64,000 nucleotides of DNA from Hemiscyllium ocellatum. Lineage: Eukaryota. Within the stretch, counting starts at the first letter, position 1, and every line of letters begins with the position of its first letter. The position numbers and the translations under genes are program-made. The stretch is from positions 26,967,966 to 27,031,965 of the forward strand of contig NC_083434.1 in NCBI RefSeq assembly GCF_020745735.1, given 5' to 3'. The notes below the pieces were generated by a model. It was not told the DNA's origin. It made no database searches and was given only the letters and a program-made list of their open reading frames with translations. Below, piece by piece: positions 11,362-24,803 of this stretch.

Positions 11362-12045
11362 TATAGAGTCGTACAGCAAAGAAACAGACCCTTTGGTCCA
11401 ACCAGTTCATGCTGACCATAATCCCAAGTTAAACTAGTCCCACCTGCCTGCTCCTGACCCGTATCCTCCAAATCTTTCCTATTCATGTACTTAGCCAAGT
11501 GTTTTTTAAATGTTGTAACTGTGCCCATATCTTCCACTTTTTCAGGAAGTTCATTCCACATTTACCACTTGTGTCTTTTTTAAACTCTCTCCTCTCACCT
11601 TAAAAATATGTTCCCTAGTCTTGAAGTCCTCCATCCTAGGGAAAAGACACCTACAGTTCACCCTATCTAGCCTATTCACCCTCATGATTTGATAAATCTC
11701 TGCAAGGTCACCTCTCAACTTCCTTTGCTCCAGTGAAAAAGGTCCCAGTCTATCTATCTTTTCTTAATAACTCAATATGCTACTGTACCCAGTAACATCC
11801 TGATAAATCTCTTCTGAACGCCTGCCAGTTGAATAATATCCTTCCTATAAGGGGCGACCAGAACTGGACACAGTACTTCAGAAGAGGCCTCACCAATGTC
11901 CTGTACAACCTCAACATGACTTTCCATCTTTTATACTCAAAGGACTGAGCAAGGAAGGCAAGCATACTGTATGCCTTTTTAACTATCTTGTCTACATGAG
12001 ACGCAAACTTCAAAGAACCCCTAGATCCTTCAGTTCTACAACATG
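11362..12045 (-). mobile_element. CR1 LINE 3' fragment
   Basis: ORF remnants 'VKKAYSMLAF...LYRTLVRPLLKYCVQFWSP' and 'WNELPEKV'. Confidence 0.85.
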
Positions 12046-12069
12046 TAAGATTTCCATGGTTTTGTAGAA

Positions 12070-12280
12070 AAGTAGTGGATTGCTCCCTGATATTATGACC
12101 AATATTTATCCCTCCACCATCATAACTAAAACAGATGATCTTGTGATTAACACACTGATGTTGCTGGGAGCTTGCTGTTCAGAAATTCGTTGGCGCGTTG
12201 CTTTAACAACAATGCTCTTTATGTGCTTTTGGATGTCCTGAGCTTGTTAAATGTCCTATTTAAATGCAAAACTTTCTTTC
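12070..12280 (+). mobile_element. Old SINE fragment resembling the DeuSINE (SacSINE1/AmnSINE1) group
   Basis: Motif CCAATATTTATCCCTC...CTAAAACAGAT...GGGAGCTTGCTG...AAATT recurs at about 9390, 13130, 14500, 27600, 29460 and 54940. The family name is from memory. Confidence 0.5.
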
Positions 12281-12394
12281 TATTGATTTGTCTTCAAATT
12301 AGAACATTTTTGAAATGGTCTCCACACTTTCAGCTCAGAACATGCTCTGAAACTATTGACAGATGATTCACTCCTGTTTGTGTTTCTCTTGTAG

Positions 12395-12592
12395 GACTCG
12401 GAGTCCCTTGACACCTACATTCAGAACACTCTTTCGGCTCTCTACCCACCATTCGAAGCTACTGCAGCCACTGTGCTGTGGCAGCTGTTCCACTTGGTGG
12501 AGAGGTCATATCGAGGGGACGGGCTCCGCTGTCTGATTGACTTCCTCGTTCCCGCCAAGAGAATCCTGCAGTGCATTCAACAGGAGACATGT
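12395..12592 (+). CDS. PLEKHG4B: PLEKHG4B-like RhoGEF, first visible coding exon ([32 protein letters not shown]...QQETC)
   Basis: Pyrimidine tract plus TAG acceptor ending at 12394; GTAAGT donor at 12593; 198 nt, phase 0/0. The peptide '[20 protein letters not shown]...DFLVPAK' is the recognisable N-terminus of the ARHGEF40/PLEKHG4B family. Confidence 0.88.
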
Positions 12593-13174
12593 GTAAGTAG
12601 AGGCTCACCCCACGAAACAAGACCTTTCATTGTTGATGGCTTAGGGAACACAATAATACAACAGGAATCTTGAATACAGCAATTTTAGTCTGGCTAGAAT
12701 AAAGTGGATTTAGTTAGTAGAGTCCTGTTAAATCCCGAACCAGTCAAGCATGATAGTGAGAAGTAATGTTTAAGCAGGTCTCCGATTTCATGGAGTTACT
12801 TTCAGAATTCAGGTCTCCAGGCAAATTGCTTTCTTTCTAATGGAGAAACTTGAGGATTAAATATTTTTGAGATTTACTGAACAGAGTAATGATTCTGCTG
12901 AGGTGCAGGCTGGAATATAGAGGCAAAAGGTAGAACGAATTTTCTTCCTTATTTTGCCCCATATTCATCCTTGAAGAGTCACCAAGTCATGGGTTGGAGA
13001 CCCACGCCAGAGCATTAAAATCTTGGTTGAGAATTCTTTACAGTGCAGAGGGAATGCTGAATTGTTCAAGGTGCTGTCTTTTAAGTGTGACATTAAACTG
13101 TAGCTCCAAATACTCCAAATTCTCCTCTGTATTCTGGCTAATATTTATCCCAAAGCTAGCATCACTAATTGGCT

Positions 13175-14487
13175 GAGTGGGTGATACTCAAGAGGTGTTT
13201 TTGTATTGAATCCCCTGCTGTTTATAGGATATATAATTAATCTAGATTTGAACGTGAGAGGGTTGATCAGTAATTTTGCGGATGGTTGGAAAATTGATAA
13301 GGTGGTAAATAATGAGACAGCTAGCTTTAGACTAAATTAGACTGTGTGGAAACAGGCCCTTCAGTCCAACAAGTCCACACCCAACCTGTCAAGAGTAACC
13401 CACCCAGAACCATTCCCCTACCATACATTTATGAATTCAACTAACATTATGGGCAATTTAGCATGGCAAATTCACCTGACCTGCACATCTTTGGACTCTG
13501 GGAGGAAACTGGAGCACCTGGAGGAAACCCACATAGACACGGGGAGAATGTGCAAACTCCACACAGACAGTCGCCCAAGGCAGGGATCAAACCTGGGTCC
13601 CTGGCGCTGTGAGGCTGTAGTGCTAACCACTGAGCCACCATGCCACCCTGATTACATGGGGATATAGAGGGATTGGTTAGATGACCAAATCAAATTCACT
13701 CTGGACTAATGTGAGGTGATGAAACTGGGCAGGGAAAACATAACAAGAGAATACATGACGAATGGTAGGGCCCTGGGAGGCACTGAGGATCAGGGGGAAC
13801 CTTGGTATGCAGATGCAACACTTTCTTAAGGTAGCAGGACAGATAGATAGTGGTAAAAGCGGCATTTGATAGCGTTGTCCTTATTGGCCAAGACGTAGAA
13901 TTTAACAGCATGGAGGTTGTGTTGGAGCTGTGTAAAATGTTAGTTAGGCCACAGATGGAGTATTGTTTGCAATTCTGGAATTTCACACTAGGAGCGATAT
14001 GATGCACTGGAGAGGATGCAGAGTAGATATATCAGAATGTTGCCTAGGCAGGAGAGTTTCAGTTATAAAGAGAGATTAGACAGATTGGGGTTGTTTTGCA
14101 TGGAGCATAGTTGAGACTATTTGAAATGTATACAATTATGAGGGGGATGGATGGGGTGGACAGGAAGAAACATTTCACTGTGGTGGAGGGATCAGTGACC
14201 TTGGGATATAGATTTAAGGTAAGGGGCAGAAGGTTTAGAGTGGATGTGAGGAAGCTGTTTTCACCCAGAGGGTGGTGGGAATCTGGAACTCATTGCCTGT
14301 GAAGATGGCAGAGGCAAAAACCCTCATAAAATTTAGATGTGCACTTGCAGTATCGAGGCATATAAAGCAATGGGTTATGTGCTGCAAAATGGCATTTGAA
14401 TATTAGGTGCTTGATTTTGACTGTCTTGGACTTGATGGACTGAAAAATCTTGTTCTATGCTGCAGATCTCTATGTCTCTATGACTTG
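13175..14487 (+). mobile_element. CR1 LINE fragment, interrupted by a V-SINE
   Basis: RT remnants 'ISNFADG', 'LVRPQMEYCLQFW' and 'MRGMDGVDRKK', ending in a CTCTATG-type tail. Confidence 0.82.
13335..13648 (-). mobile_element. HE1-like V-SINE inserted in a CR1 fragment
   Basis: Reverse complement of the same SINE, with CR1 RT-coding remnants on both sides. Confidence 0.85.
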
Positions 14488-16739
14488 ACAATTAAAGTAG
14501 TTTATCTGGTCATTATCACCTTGCAAATTTGTGAGAGTTTGTTGTATAGAAATTGGCTTCTGCATTATCTATAGTACAACAGTGACTATACATCCAATTT
14601 ATTTCTTTGACTGTAAAGCTCTTCAGGCCATTCTGTTCCATAAAGTTGCTCTATAACGTGGAATTCAATTCTCTTCCTAGTTGACTGCTTGCTATACTGT
14701 TCCCTAATAAAAGAAAAAGAAATTAAAACGTTGGTAGGGAGTGGTGGCAGGTGGTAGTGAGGTCGGCGTGGAATACTAATATCTGACTAATTTAATTCTA
14801 TCATTTTCCAAAAGAATTGGCAGCAGTCCTGAGCATGTAGGAGTGGAATTGTCTGAACTGAAAGCTGAGAATCACACTGGAAACAAAAAGCTTTTTAAAA
14901 GGTGCTTTCTAAGATAAGACATAGAAAAATGAGAAGTCAGTCCGGGAAGTTCTCAAATGCTGCTTAATGAATAGCAGTCCGAGAGAGAGTCTGATGTGTC
15001 TGACATAAAAACAAATGCAGCTAGAAACATTCAAGGCTTTAAGCAGCATCTATTGGGAGAGAACTATAAAGATAACATTTCACATCTTTAGCTGAGCAAG
15101 ATCTACATACTCTACTGAAAACAACAAATGCTGGAGATCACAGCGGGTCAGATAGCGTCCATGGAGAGAGAGCAAGCTAATGTTTTGAGCCTAGATGATT
15201 GCTTTCGCTCTGATGATCAAAGTGTGGAGGGCTTAGCATTTCTGCTATAGATTGGGCTTTCAAAGATTGTGAGTTGGGAAATAACAACATAAAAGAGTCC
15301 AAATCAAAGAACATATATGGATCAACCTCAACAGAATAATTAATAATCAGGCGATTTATCATCATGGTCTGGAAAGTCCATTTCTAGTGAGTTATTAAAC
15401 ACAGAAGCTTGCTTGGCAGGAGTGCGGAACAGACGGCAATTTGAAAAAAAAAGATTTTTACATGCCTTTCACATTACAAGAAGTTCAAAGGCAGTAAAGC
15501 ACCTTTGAAGTGTAGGCACTGTTTATAATCTCAGTTACAGCAGCCAATTGGCACACAGGAAGATCCCAAAAACAGCAATATGATAGTGGCCATAATAACA
15601 GCAAATGATCCATTGTTAGTGATTAGGAAGATTGGATGGGACATCAGAAGGAATTACCCTGCTGTTCTTTGAATAGTGTTCTCGGGTTCTCTGACGGGCC
15701 TTATTTTGTTTGTTCGTGGGTTGAGGGTCTCACTGCCTAGGCCAGCATTTATTGCCCATCCCAAGGGGCAGTTAAGAGTCAACCACATAGCTGTGGGTCT
15801 GGAATTACATGTAAAGGACATCAGTGAACCAGATGTTTTTTCCAACAATAGATTAATGGTCATCATCTGACTCTTAATTTCTAGATTTTTAAAAATTGAA
15901 TTTACATTTCACCATCTGCAAGAACAGGTTTTGAACCCAGGTCTTTAGAACATTACCTGGGTCTCTGGATTAGCAGTCCAGTGATATTACTACTAGGTCA
16001 TCACCTCCCCAGTGATTGGATGCCCTGGAGGTTAGAGCCATCCACCACCACAGGCCTTTCTGTTCCCATTGGGTAAGCTCACTGTGTGGGGTGTGAAAGC
16101 TGCTCAGTGTTTGATTAACTCTCCCTGTAAATCTCAAGGCGGTCCAGTTACTGAAGGCAGCATGTAACCTGACTTGTAGAGTCAAGGCATGACCCAGGAT
16201 GAATCTGTTCTGTGCCATTTGATTCATCTTGATTGGGAGTATAGGTGCCTTTGGGCAGAGGGAAGAGAAAAATCAGTCAGGGTTGCTTGCTGCTGACCAT
16301 TATCTATTGCCCCCTGCATTGAAACAATATGCATGTCAGGGTGTAACAAGGGTAGGTACTTATTGTGGGATAACTCTCCACCGCTTACTGCCTGTACTCT
16401 CACAAGTAGCAGTTACACAGCTAAGATACTGGTAGCCATCTGATATCCAGGGAGTTGTAGCCCAGCAGCATATTTGACCAAGAAAAAGTAGCAAAACGTT
16501 TTACCAGAAACTACATTTTTCCTGAATAGCAGATGATCTTCAACAGGCTATCAGAAATCTTTAACCATTCCCACCTGTTGAACGGTATTTCCTGACAGTT
16601 CCCAATGGATTCACTTCTGAAGAGCTGTACTGCTTTTGGGGAAAATGAATTTATTGCGCATTTTAGTGAGGACTGAAAATCCAAAGGCTGTTTCATGAGC
16701 CCCCACCTGTAGCACAGGAGATAGTGTACACTCTGCTAG

Positions 16740-17500
16740 GACTTAGATGGAATTTAGTTTAGATAAATGTGACATGTTGCATTTTGGTAAGGCAAGCCAG
16801 GGCTGAACTCATACAGTTAATAGTAGTGTCCTGGGGAGTGTTGCTCAAGAGAGAGACCGTGGAGAGCAGAAAGTAGAGTCACAGGTAGATAGTGTGGTAA
16901 AGAAAGCATTTGGCATGCTTGACTTCATTGGAGAGTGAAATGAGTATAGGTATTGGGATGTCATGATGCGGTTGTAGAGGACATTGGTAAGATCACTTTC
17001 AAAATACAGTGAGCACATCTGGTAGCCCTTCTATTGGAAAGATGTTGTTAAACTTATGAAGGTGCAGAAATAATTTACAAGGAGGGACTGGAGGGTTTGT
17101 GTTATTGGGAGAAGCTGAATAGACTGTGTTTTTTCCCCTGGAGCATCGGAGGCTGAGGAATGACCTTATGGAGTTTTATAAAGTCATGACAGGCATGGAT
17201 AGGGTGAATAGCCAAGGTCTTTATCTTAGATTGAGGGAGTCCAAAACTATCGGGCGTAGAGTTCAGGTGAGATGGGAAAGAGTTAAAAAGGACCTGGGGG
17301 TAACCTTTTGACACAGGGTGGTGCAGGTATGGAACGAGCTGCCAGAGGCAGTGGAGGAGGCTGATAAAATTGTATCTGGATGGGTATAGAGAGATGTGGG
17401 CCAAATGCTGGCAAATGGGACTAGGTCAGATTAGGATGTCTGGTCAGCACACAATGAGTTGGATCAAAGAGTCTGTTCCATACTGAATGACTGTATGAGT
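16740..17500 (+). mobile_element. CR1 LINE 3' fragment
   Basis: 'MEFSLDKCDMLHFG' and 'LEHRRLRNDLMEFYK' remnants. Confidence 0.8.
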
Positions 17501-18109
17501 TCTGAGTGAGTGTTCAGAGTTTTCTCTGAAGAGAATCTGTGGAACAAGTCCTTTATTCTTTTAAGGGTTCCTGCATATACCAGTTTCAAAATTAAACACA
17601 CGGTGATTAGCTTTCCAATGAATGATTTTACTTGATAAAATCAAGTGAGCTAGTAAAATGGGATCATTGTGTAATTCTGATTATCTCACAGATTGGTGAA
17701 CCCTTTGAAATGCAGACTGAAGCCTTTCTTCTCAGGAGTTAATAGTTGAAGACAATTATCTAAGTTGATGGGTAAATGAATAGTGCATTCTAACTGAAAG
17801 GCCTTAGAGTCTTTGATTTTCTTTTGCTCTCACCAATTTTCTCCCTCCTCCACCCAAGGCTTCGACTCCTCAGTGGGGTAGTGTTTCCATGAGTGCCAGT
17901 TCCCACTGATAATTTGATTTAAAGGATCATGATTCATGTGTGAGCCTTGATTAACTTGCAGCCTATTTAAGTATGTAGTCTTTAACATCATTTGTTCAAT
18001 CATTCCCTCAATTAGTGCATGGGCACTTGCATGTGCTTTTGGATCAGGATTGATAATCTTTACCAGCATCAGCTTGTGTACTTGCTTTCGGGCTGTCACC
18101 TTGAGGAAC

Positions 18110-19330
18110 ATTAGTATGTTGTGAAGCTGAATATAAGAGCAAAGAGGTTATGGTATAGCTGTAGAGAATGTTAGTTAAGTCACAGCTGGAGTGCTGTATG
18201 CAGTTCTGGTCACCACACTACAGGAAGGATTGCACTGGAGAAGGTGATTTGCTGAGATGTTGGGCTGGAATGATTTCACTGTGAAGAGAAACGTGATATG
18301 CTGGAGTTGTTTACCTTAGAGCAGAGGAGTAGGGGGCAGATTGGAGATGGAGATAAGATGGAGGTGAGTTGACCTGGAGGAAGGAAGTGAACGTACTGTA
18401 GCCAAGTTTGCAAGTGGCACAAAATAGGTAGAAAGTTGTGGAAGGGATACAGTCAGTTCATTGAGAGATATTGATATGTCAAGTAAATGGGAAAGAAGAT
18501 GGCAATTTAATATTGGAAAATGCAAAGTTGTTCATTTTAGAAGCAAGAAAAAGAACATAATTTTTAAACAGAGAAGAACTGCAGAAATCGACAACACAGA
18601 GGGACTTGTGGGTACTTGTGCCTGAAGCACTGAAGGCTAGCACACGGAAGCTGCAGTAGTCAGGAAGGCTAGTGGAATGTTGGCCCTCATTTCAAGGGGT
18701 TTGGAATATAAGGGGTTTGACAGAGTAAATACCGAAAGCATGTCCACCCCAGTAGAGGGTATAGTCTCAGAATTAAGGGGTGCCAATTTAAGACTGAGAT
18801 GTGGAGGAATCTCTTCTGTTAGAGGGTCTAGAGTCTTTGCCACAGAGCTGTGAGCAGAGTCCTTGTGCAGTTTTATGGCTGAGATAGATTCTTGACCAGG
18901 ATGGGAATCCCGAATTATGGGGAAAGGGGAGAAAGGTGGATGTGAGGAATGTTGGATAGCCATGATTGTATTGAATAGTGGAGCAGGCTTGAAGGGCCAA
19001 ATGGCCTAGTCCCTTATTCCCTTTTATTATGGTCTTAGGTACAAATGTTTGAGGGGAATAAACTGGTAGAAAGGGAAAACCTTTTCTCATCACTAGGGGG
19101 TCAATAACCAGGGGCACAGTTTGAAGGTAAGGAGCTAAAGGCTTAGAGGAGATTTTAGGAAAAATATCTTTGCACAGAGGGCTGGAAAGTGTGGTAGAGG
19201 CAGGAACACTCAAGACACTTAAAAACCATTTAGATGACTATTTGACATGCCATTACATAGAAGGCTGGAAAATAGGATTAGAGTAGATAGATGTTTGATG
19301 ATCAAAATGGACATAACCGGTTGAGGGACC
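18110..19330 (+). mobile_element. Composite of nested CR1 fragments
   Basis: CR1 C-terminal remnants at 18110-18360 and 19040-19330, with a second CR1 fragment between them. Confidence 0.7.
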
Positions 19331-20448
19331 GCATTTTTGTCATGTTGATTTAGGAATAAATACTGGTCAGGATCATGGATGATTTCACTACTTCTTTGAA
19401 ATAGTGCCATAGGATCTGTTACATCTTCCTGAGAGACATTACCTTTGGAAGAGCCATGCTCCTTCAGTACCGCACTGGAGAATCAGCCTGGATTATGTGC
19501 ACATGTCTCTGAATTGAAATTTCATCATGACCTGTTGACTCAAATATGTTAACGTACATAGATGTATACAGATAGGCATAAGTGCAGGTGAGCAGATGTT
19601 ACTAGAAGATAAACAACCCAAACCAGTTGGTATAGTAAAGCTGGAAGATCAAAGATTTAAAATTCTGTCCTTGATATTTCATGCACTCACCTCCGCAAGC
19701 TCAAACTGCTAATCAAACTTGTACAAGCTTCATCCTGTGGCGATAGGGTGTTGTATGGTGTCCTTAATAGATTTATCAAGTCATGTCTAAATAAGCTGAC
19801 TTGAGGAGATATTGAATGCAGTGGATAAGCAAGTATCTGTCACAGAACACCTTTGATACAATAAGAAATTCTTCACAATACTGAGAGCATATGGATTTGG
19901 GTCCTAATAGCGCGTGTAGAGAATTGGTTAGGTTTAAGGAGATAGGCAGTATGGATCTAGGGATTGTTAACAAATGACTATTATAGCACAGGAGACCATT
20001 CTGCCCACCATGTCTGCACCAGCTGTCTGAATGAGCATTTCAATTAATGTCGTTCTCTTGTATTCTCCCTGTATTCATTCACACCATTAAATAGGCTATG
20101 TTTATTGTCAACACCATTGCTGGGTGGCACAATGATCATGCATGTGCACAAGTGCAACTTTGCATGGTCACAGCGTGGCAGCTGCCAGGAACAGGTGGTG
20201 TCATCCATACAATCACACTGCAGAGTGGGGTCAAACTTCAGAGAGTGGCTTTGGACAGGTTTTGAAATCAGTGATTCATCAATCTGTACTCGGAATAAAA
20301 TCATATCAATTTTGTTTCTTTGACAAATTACTTTAAATCCTATTCTCAATCCTTGCACAATTGGGAAGAATGTCTTATCCACTCTGTCCAACCCATCATG
20401 ATTTTGAATACTTCTATCAAATCTCCTCTTGGCTATGAGGAATAATTT

Positions 20449-20575
20449 GGAGATGCTGGTGTTGGACTGGGGTGTACAGTGCTGCTCCTTCACACAAGCA
20501 CCTGATGAAAGCTAGTGTGCTTCCAATTAAACCTGTTGGACTGTAACCTGGTGTTGTGTGATTTTTAACTTTCTC
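20449..20575. mobile_element. Second-family copy, partly inverted, inserted in a CR1 fragment
   Basis: Inverted piece GGAGATGCTGGTGTTGGACTGGGG...GTGCTGCTCCTTCA, then GCACCTGATGAAAGCTAGTG...AAACCTGTTGGACTGTAACCTGGTGTTGTGTGA. Confidence 0.6.
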
Positions 20576-21151
20576 TGAGGAAAATAGTTCTACCTTCTAT
20601 CTTCACAACTGTAATTGATCATGAATGGAACCACTCTCATAAATCTCTGCTGTACCTGTGCACATGTTTTTACATCATCTTAAGTGTAGCACCTAGAACT
20701 GGACAGAATATTAAATCTGAGACTGAATCAATGACTTTTACAAGTTCAGCATAAGCTCTTTGCTCTTGTACTCTTTGTGCTTGTCAGGAAAGTCTAAGGT
20801 ACTAGTGTTCATACATACCCCTGTTGTTCTGTACCTGCAGTCCCTTTAGAAATGTGCCTTTTATTTTATCTTGTCTTTCCCATCCAAAATGAATCACCTC
20901 ACATATCTCCACAAATGAACTTCATCTGCCACCTCCATGCACTTTCCACCAAATTATGTCTTTTTTAAGATCTACTGTATCCTCCAGTACTTACAAGTTT
21001 TGATCCATCTACAAATAGACTTCACCTTCACAACTTAATGTAAAGTGTTATATGTTCCTAAAGCTATTCTGAACTTTAAAACATTCTAACTGCACTGCTT
21101 TCTAACTGTTCATTCTTCTAGCAATCATGCAGAGTTTCTGCCCCTCAATGT

Positions 21152-21460
21152 GGGTGGCACGGTAGCACAGTGGTTAGCACTGCTGCCTCACAGCGCCAGA
21201 GACCCAGGTTCAATTCCCGCCTCAGGTGACTGTGTGGAGTTTGCACGTTCTCCCCGGGTTTCCGGTTGCTCCGGTTTCCTCCCACAGTCCAAAAATGTAC
21301 AAGTTAGGTGAATTGGCCATGCTAAATTGCCCGTAGTGTTAGATGAAGTGGTAAATATAGGGGAATAGGTCTGGGTGGGTTGAGCTTTGGCGGGTCGGTG
21401 TGGACATGTTGGGCCAAAGGGCCTGTTTCCACACTGTAAGTAATCTAATCTAATCTAATC
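21152..21460 (+). mobile_element. HE1-like V-SINE
   Basis: Head, V-domain with a small deletion, (TAATC)4 tail. Confidence 0.88.
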
Positions 21461-21649
21461 AATAATTTGCAAAGCCGTCAAAACAATTACTCACTCTTCC
21501 TTTTTAAATATCAGTATAAGCAGTAGGGGCCACTTAAGCTTGTCCAGTTATTAAGATCTTGGCAACTCTATATATCTCTTTTTGCTCAATAACACTTAAT
21601 ATTTTTTGATTGATGTATAATACAACATGTTAATTTTATACATATGAAC

Positions 21650-23060
21650 GTTTGTCCAATTAGCGGTATGTCCACTGGTATCACATTGTCATCTGTTAGG
21701 CCTCAGTTTTTTTCCCCATATTTACAAATGACTGGAATGCAGCCACAAGATAACTGTTTCTAAATTTGTTTTCTAATATGGAGTTTTCTATGTGTTCCCT
21801 GACATGACACAGACCACAGAGAGTTGGACACTTATTGAGGCAGATATTTGGAAGTTTATGAACAACTAATTATGCACATTAACATGACATCTCAGACCTA
21901 CATATATAATCTGAGTTATAAACTTGTGTAGGTTGATATCATATTACAAACATTGTTGACTTGCAGAATTGTCATCCAATGGAGTGCTGACTGAGTAACT
22001 GGCTATTCATACAATAAGGTGGAGAGCTTTTTTTTTGAGAGTATGCCATTTCATATTGATATCGAGGTGTCTTAAATGTATTTTGCATTTCTGAATATCT
22101 CTGCAATTTTATGAAAATGACAATATTAAATTGTTTCGATAGTATCAGAGGTTGAAAATGATTAAGTTACTAGACAAAACTGTGATAGACACACTGCAAT
22201 GTGGAGAGTTATGAGGTTATTATGTTTGGACATCAGAAAAATAGAGCAGGGAACTTTTTACATGATGTGAAATGTTGACCTGTGGAAGATCACAGAGATT
22301 TAAGGATCCAAATGTGGAAAATATGATAAACTAACAGAAAAGCACAATGAAAATTGACAAGGTGCATGGATTGTTGGTGTTTGTCCCTCAGAAGCTGTAA
22401 TACAAAAGGATGAATGTTGTGTCACAACCATATGAGTCTCTAGTTTAATCTCTGGTTTAACCAATATAACACTTTTTATATTAAGTTGTGAAGGTGAAGT
22501 CTATTTGTAGATGGATCAAAACTTGTAAGTACTGGAAACTTTCAGGAGAATAGAGTGGACTTTCAAACAGATAATTTTTGAAGACAGAGCATTCAGTTCT
22601 GGCCAATGTCTCTCAAGAAAAATATTTTGGTTTTGGAAGAGGTGCAACTTTGATTCATTGGAATGATATCAGTACGAGAGCTGTTTGTTTACAAGAAAAG
22701 ATTGCATTAACTGGGTTGATATTCCCTTAAATGTAGGCAATCAAGAAGTGATCTAATTCAGCTTTCTTGTTAAGGGCTTGAGGGGTTAGAGAGAAAGCAT
22801 CTATTTTGTCTGTTGGGGGAGTCCAGAACAAGGAGTAAAATTAGAGTTTGTGAATTCAGGGAGCAATTCTCCACACAAAGATTAGTGGAAAAAGCTGCCA
22901 AGTCTAATATTAATCGAAAAATTCAAAGTAGAGTTTGATAAGTTATTTTTCAGACTTAAGGCTTACGGAACCAAAGCTGTTAGCTGAAGATAAGATGCAA
23001 ATAGAGTCTGAGTGAATGGTGGATCAAATTTGATGGGCTTAATGCCCTATCCCAGTTCTG
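21650..23060 (+). mobile_element. Highly decayed CR1 LINE
   Basis: Scattered CR1-like motifs, including 'RQSRSDLI' and a 3' UTR pattern. Confidence 0.45.
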
Positions 23061-23206
23061 ATCAGTAGAAAAGCTCAAGTGTTGCGTCTTTGAATTTAGT
23101 GTTTCCAGAAAGTTGATTTGCCTAGAATTAACATGATGGTGGTAATCAAATGTGAGATTGGAAGCTTTGGCTCTCTGGTATTTCTACAATGTGCCATTTC
23201 CCATGA

Positions 23207-23222
23207 GGACGGACGGACGGAC

Positions 23223-23292
<70 letters not shown>
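23207..23292. repeat. Compound microsatellite (GGAC)5 followed by (AC)~33
   Basis: Read directly from the sequence. Confidence 0.97.
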
Positions 23293-23294
<2 letters not shown>

Positions 23295-24610
23295 CCAACA
23301 GACGTTTATGCTCTGAACAAGGTTTCTCCTGTTCTACCTTCTCTAAAACATCAATTCATCTTCTTGCCTTCTCCTCATTTTAGTTCTCCTCCCCTATTTA
23401 CCCAGCTTTCGTTAAACTCATTTATACAATTTGCCTCAACCTATTTATGTGGCAAATTCAGTTTCACTTTCTCACCATTCTATGAGGAAAGACATTTCTC
23501 TTGAATTCCTTATAGGATTCATTAGTGATTACCTGAAGTTTATGGCCCATCGTTCTGGTCTTCCTGAACAATGTCCCTATCAAAGCACGTCATATTTTTA
23601 AGGACCTCTGTTAGGTCACCCCCCCCTTTTTAGCCTACATTTTGTCTAAAGAAAGCAGCCCAGCCTGTTAATTCTTTCTTGATATTTCTAACCTTTCAAT
23701 TCTACAATCACTCTTGAAATATTCTCCCATGCCTCTATACTCTGTGTAATATAGAGACTAAACTGTTACTTTAGTCCAGTTGCTGTTTCAACAAAGTTCT
23801 ATATAAGTTAGACATAATTTCTGTGTCTTTCAATTCTATTCCTCACTAATGAAATTCCAGTTTTTAACGGGGTCTACTGTCAAGTGTCTGCCTCAGTCAG
23901 TATGCTCCTTTTGAGATTTAAACCCAAAAGCTCAGGACCTCTCAATTGCCAAATTGGCTGAAAATATATTGTCATAAACCTATGGTAAGGGCATATGCTG
24001 CATATTGATATAGCAGTAAGCCTTCACAATAACGTACAATGCAGGAGTAAGTTCATTCTGCACCTTGACCCTACCCCACGATTCTCTAAGATCATGGCTG
24101 ATCTGATTGTGTAGCATTAACTCAATTCTCCTGCCTCTATCAACATCCACCCCCTGCCCCCACCTTTCTATAGTCCTTGATTTCCCCCATTCAGATGAAA
24201 GAAGTCAAGTTGCCCTTTTATAGGGCTTGGAGGTATGTGGTCAAGTGAATTTGGATGGCCAATAGTACCTATGTAAGGCAGGCAGATAGTTACACAGACT
24301 CCTGATTGTTGTCATAATGGGCCTATAAATCTGTGAGCATTCCACTATCTGCTTGATGACCATAGCCTGTATCTTAACTCCAGGAGGAGTAATCTCTCCC
24401 AGGATGCAGTGTCCCGCTTTAGCAGTGCTTGCAATCACAAAGTGATACAGGGCTGACTTGCAAATCAAACACATTCCTGGTCTTGATGGAGAATGTGACT
24501 GAGAGTGAATGACCTGTCTGGGCCATTGTCTTGAGATTTGTTCAGTCATGCCACTGGAGTAAGACCCATCCACAGAATATGCAGGACCGGGGGCAGAATC
24601 TCCATGAGCA

Positions 24611-24803
24611 TAGAGTCAAGATTAGAGTGGTGCTATAAAAGCACAGCAGGTCAGGCAGCATCCGAGGAGCAGGAAAATCAACGTTTCAGGCAAAAGCCCT
24701 TCATCAGGAATCCTGCTCCTCGGATGCTGCCTGACCTGCTGTGCTTTTCCAGCACCACTCTAATCTTGACTCTATCTCCAACATCTGCAGTCCTCACTTT
24801 TGC
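24611..24803. mobile_element. Fold-back Penelope-like terminal fragment inserted at a CR1 3' tail
   Basis: Inverted arms around about 24710. CATAGAGTCA at 24609-24618 and 24804-24813. Confidence 0.75.

Noticed and set aside
23096-23504. CV-repeat and HT-repeat ORFs
   Set aside because: Translations of the (AC)n microsatellite.
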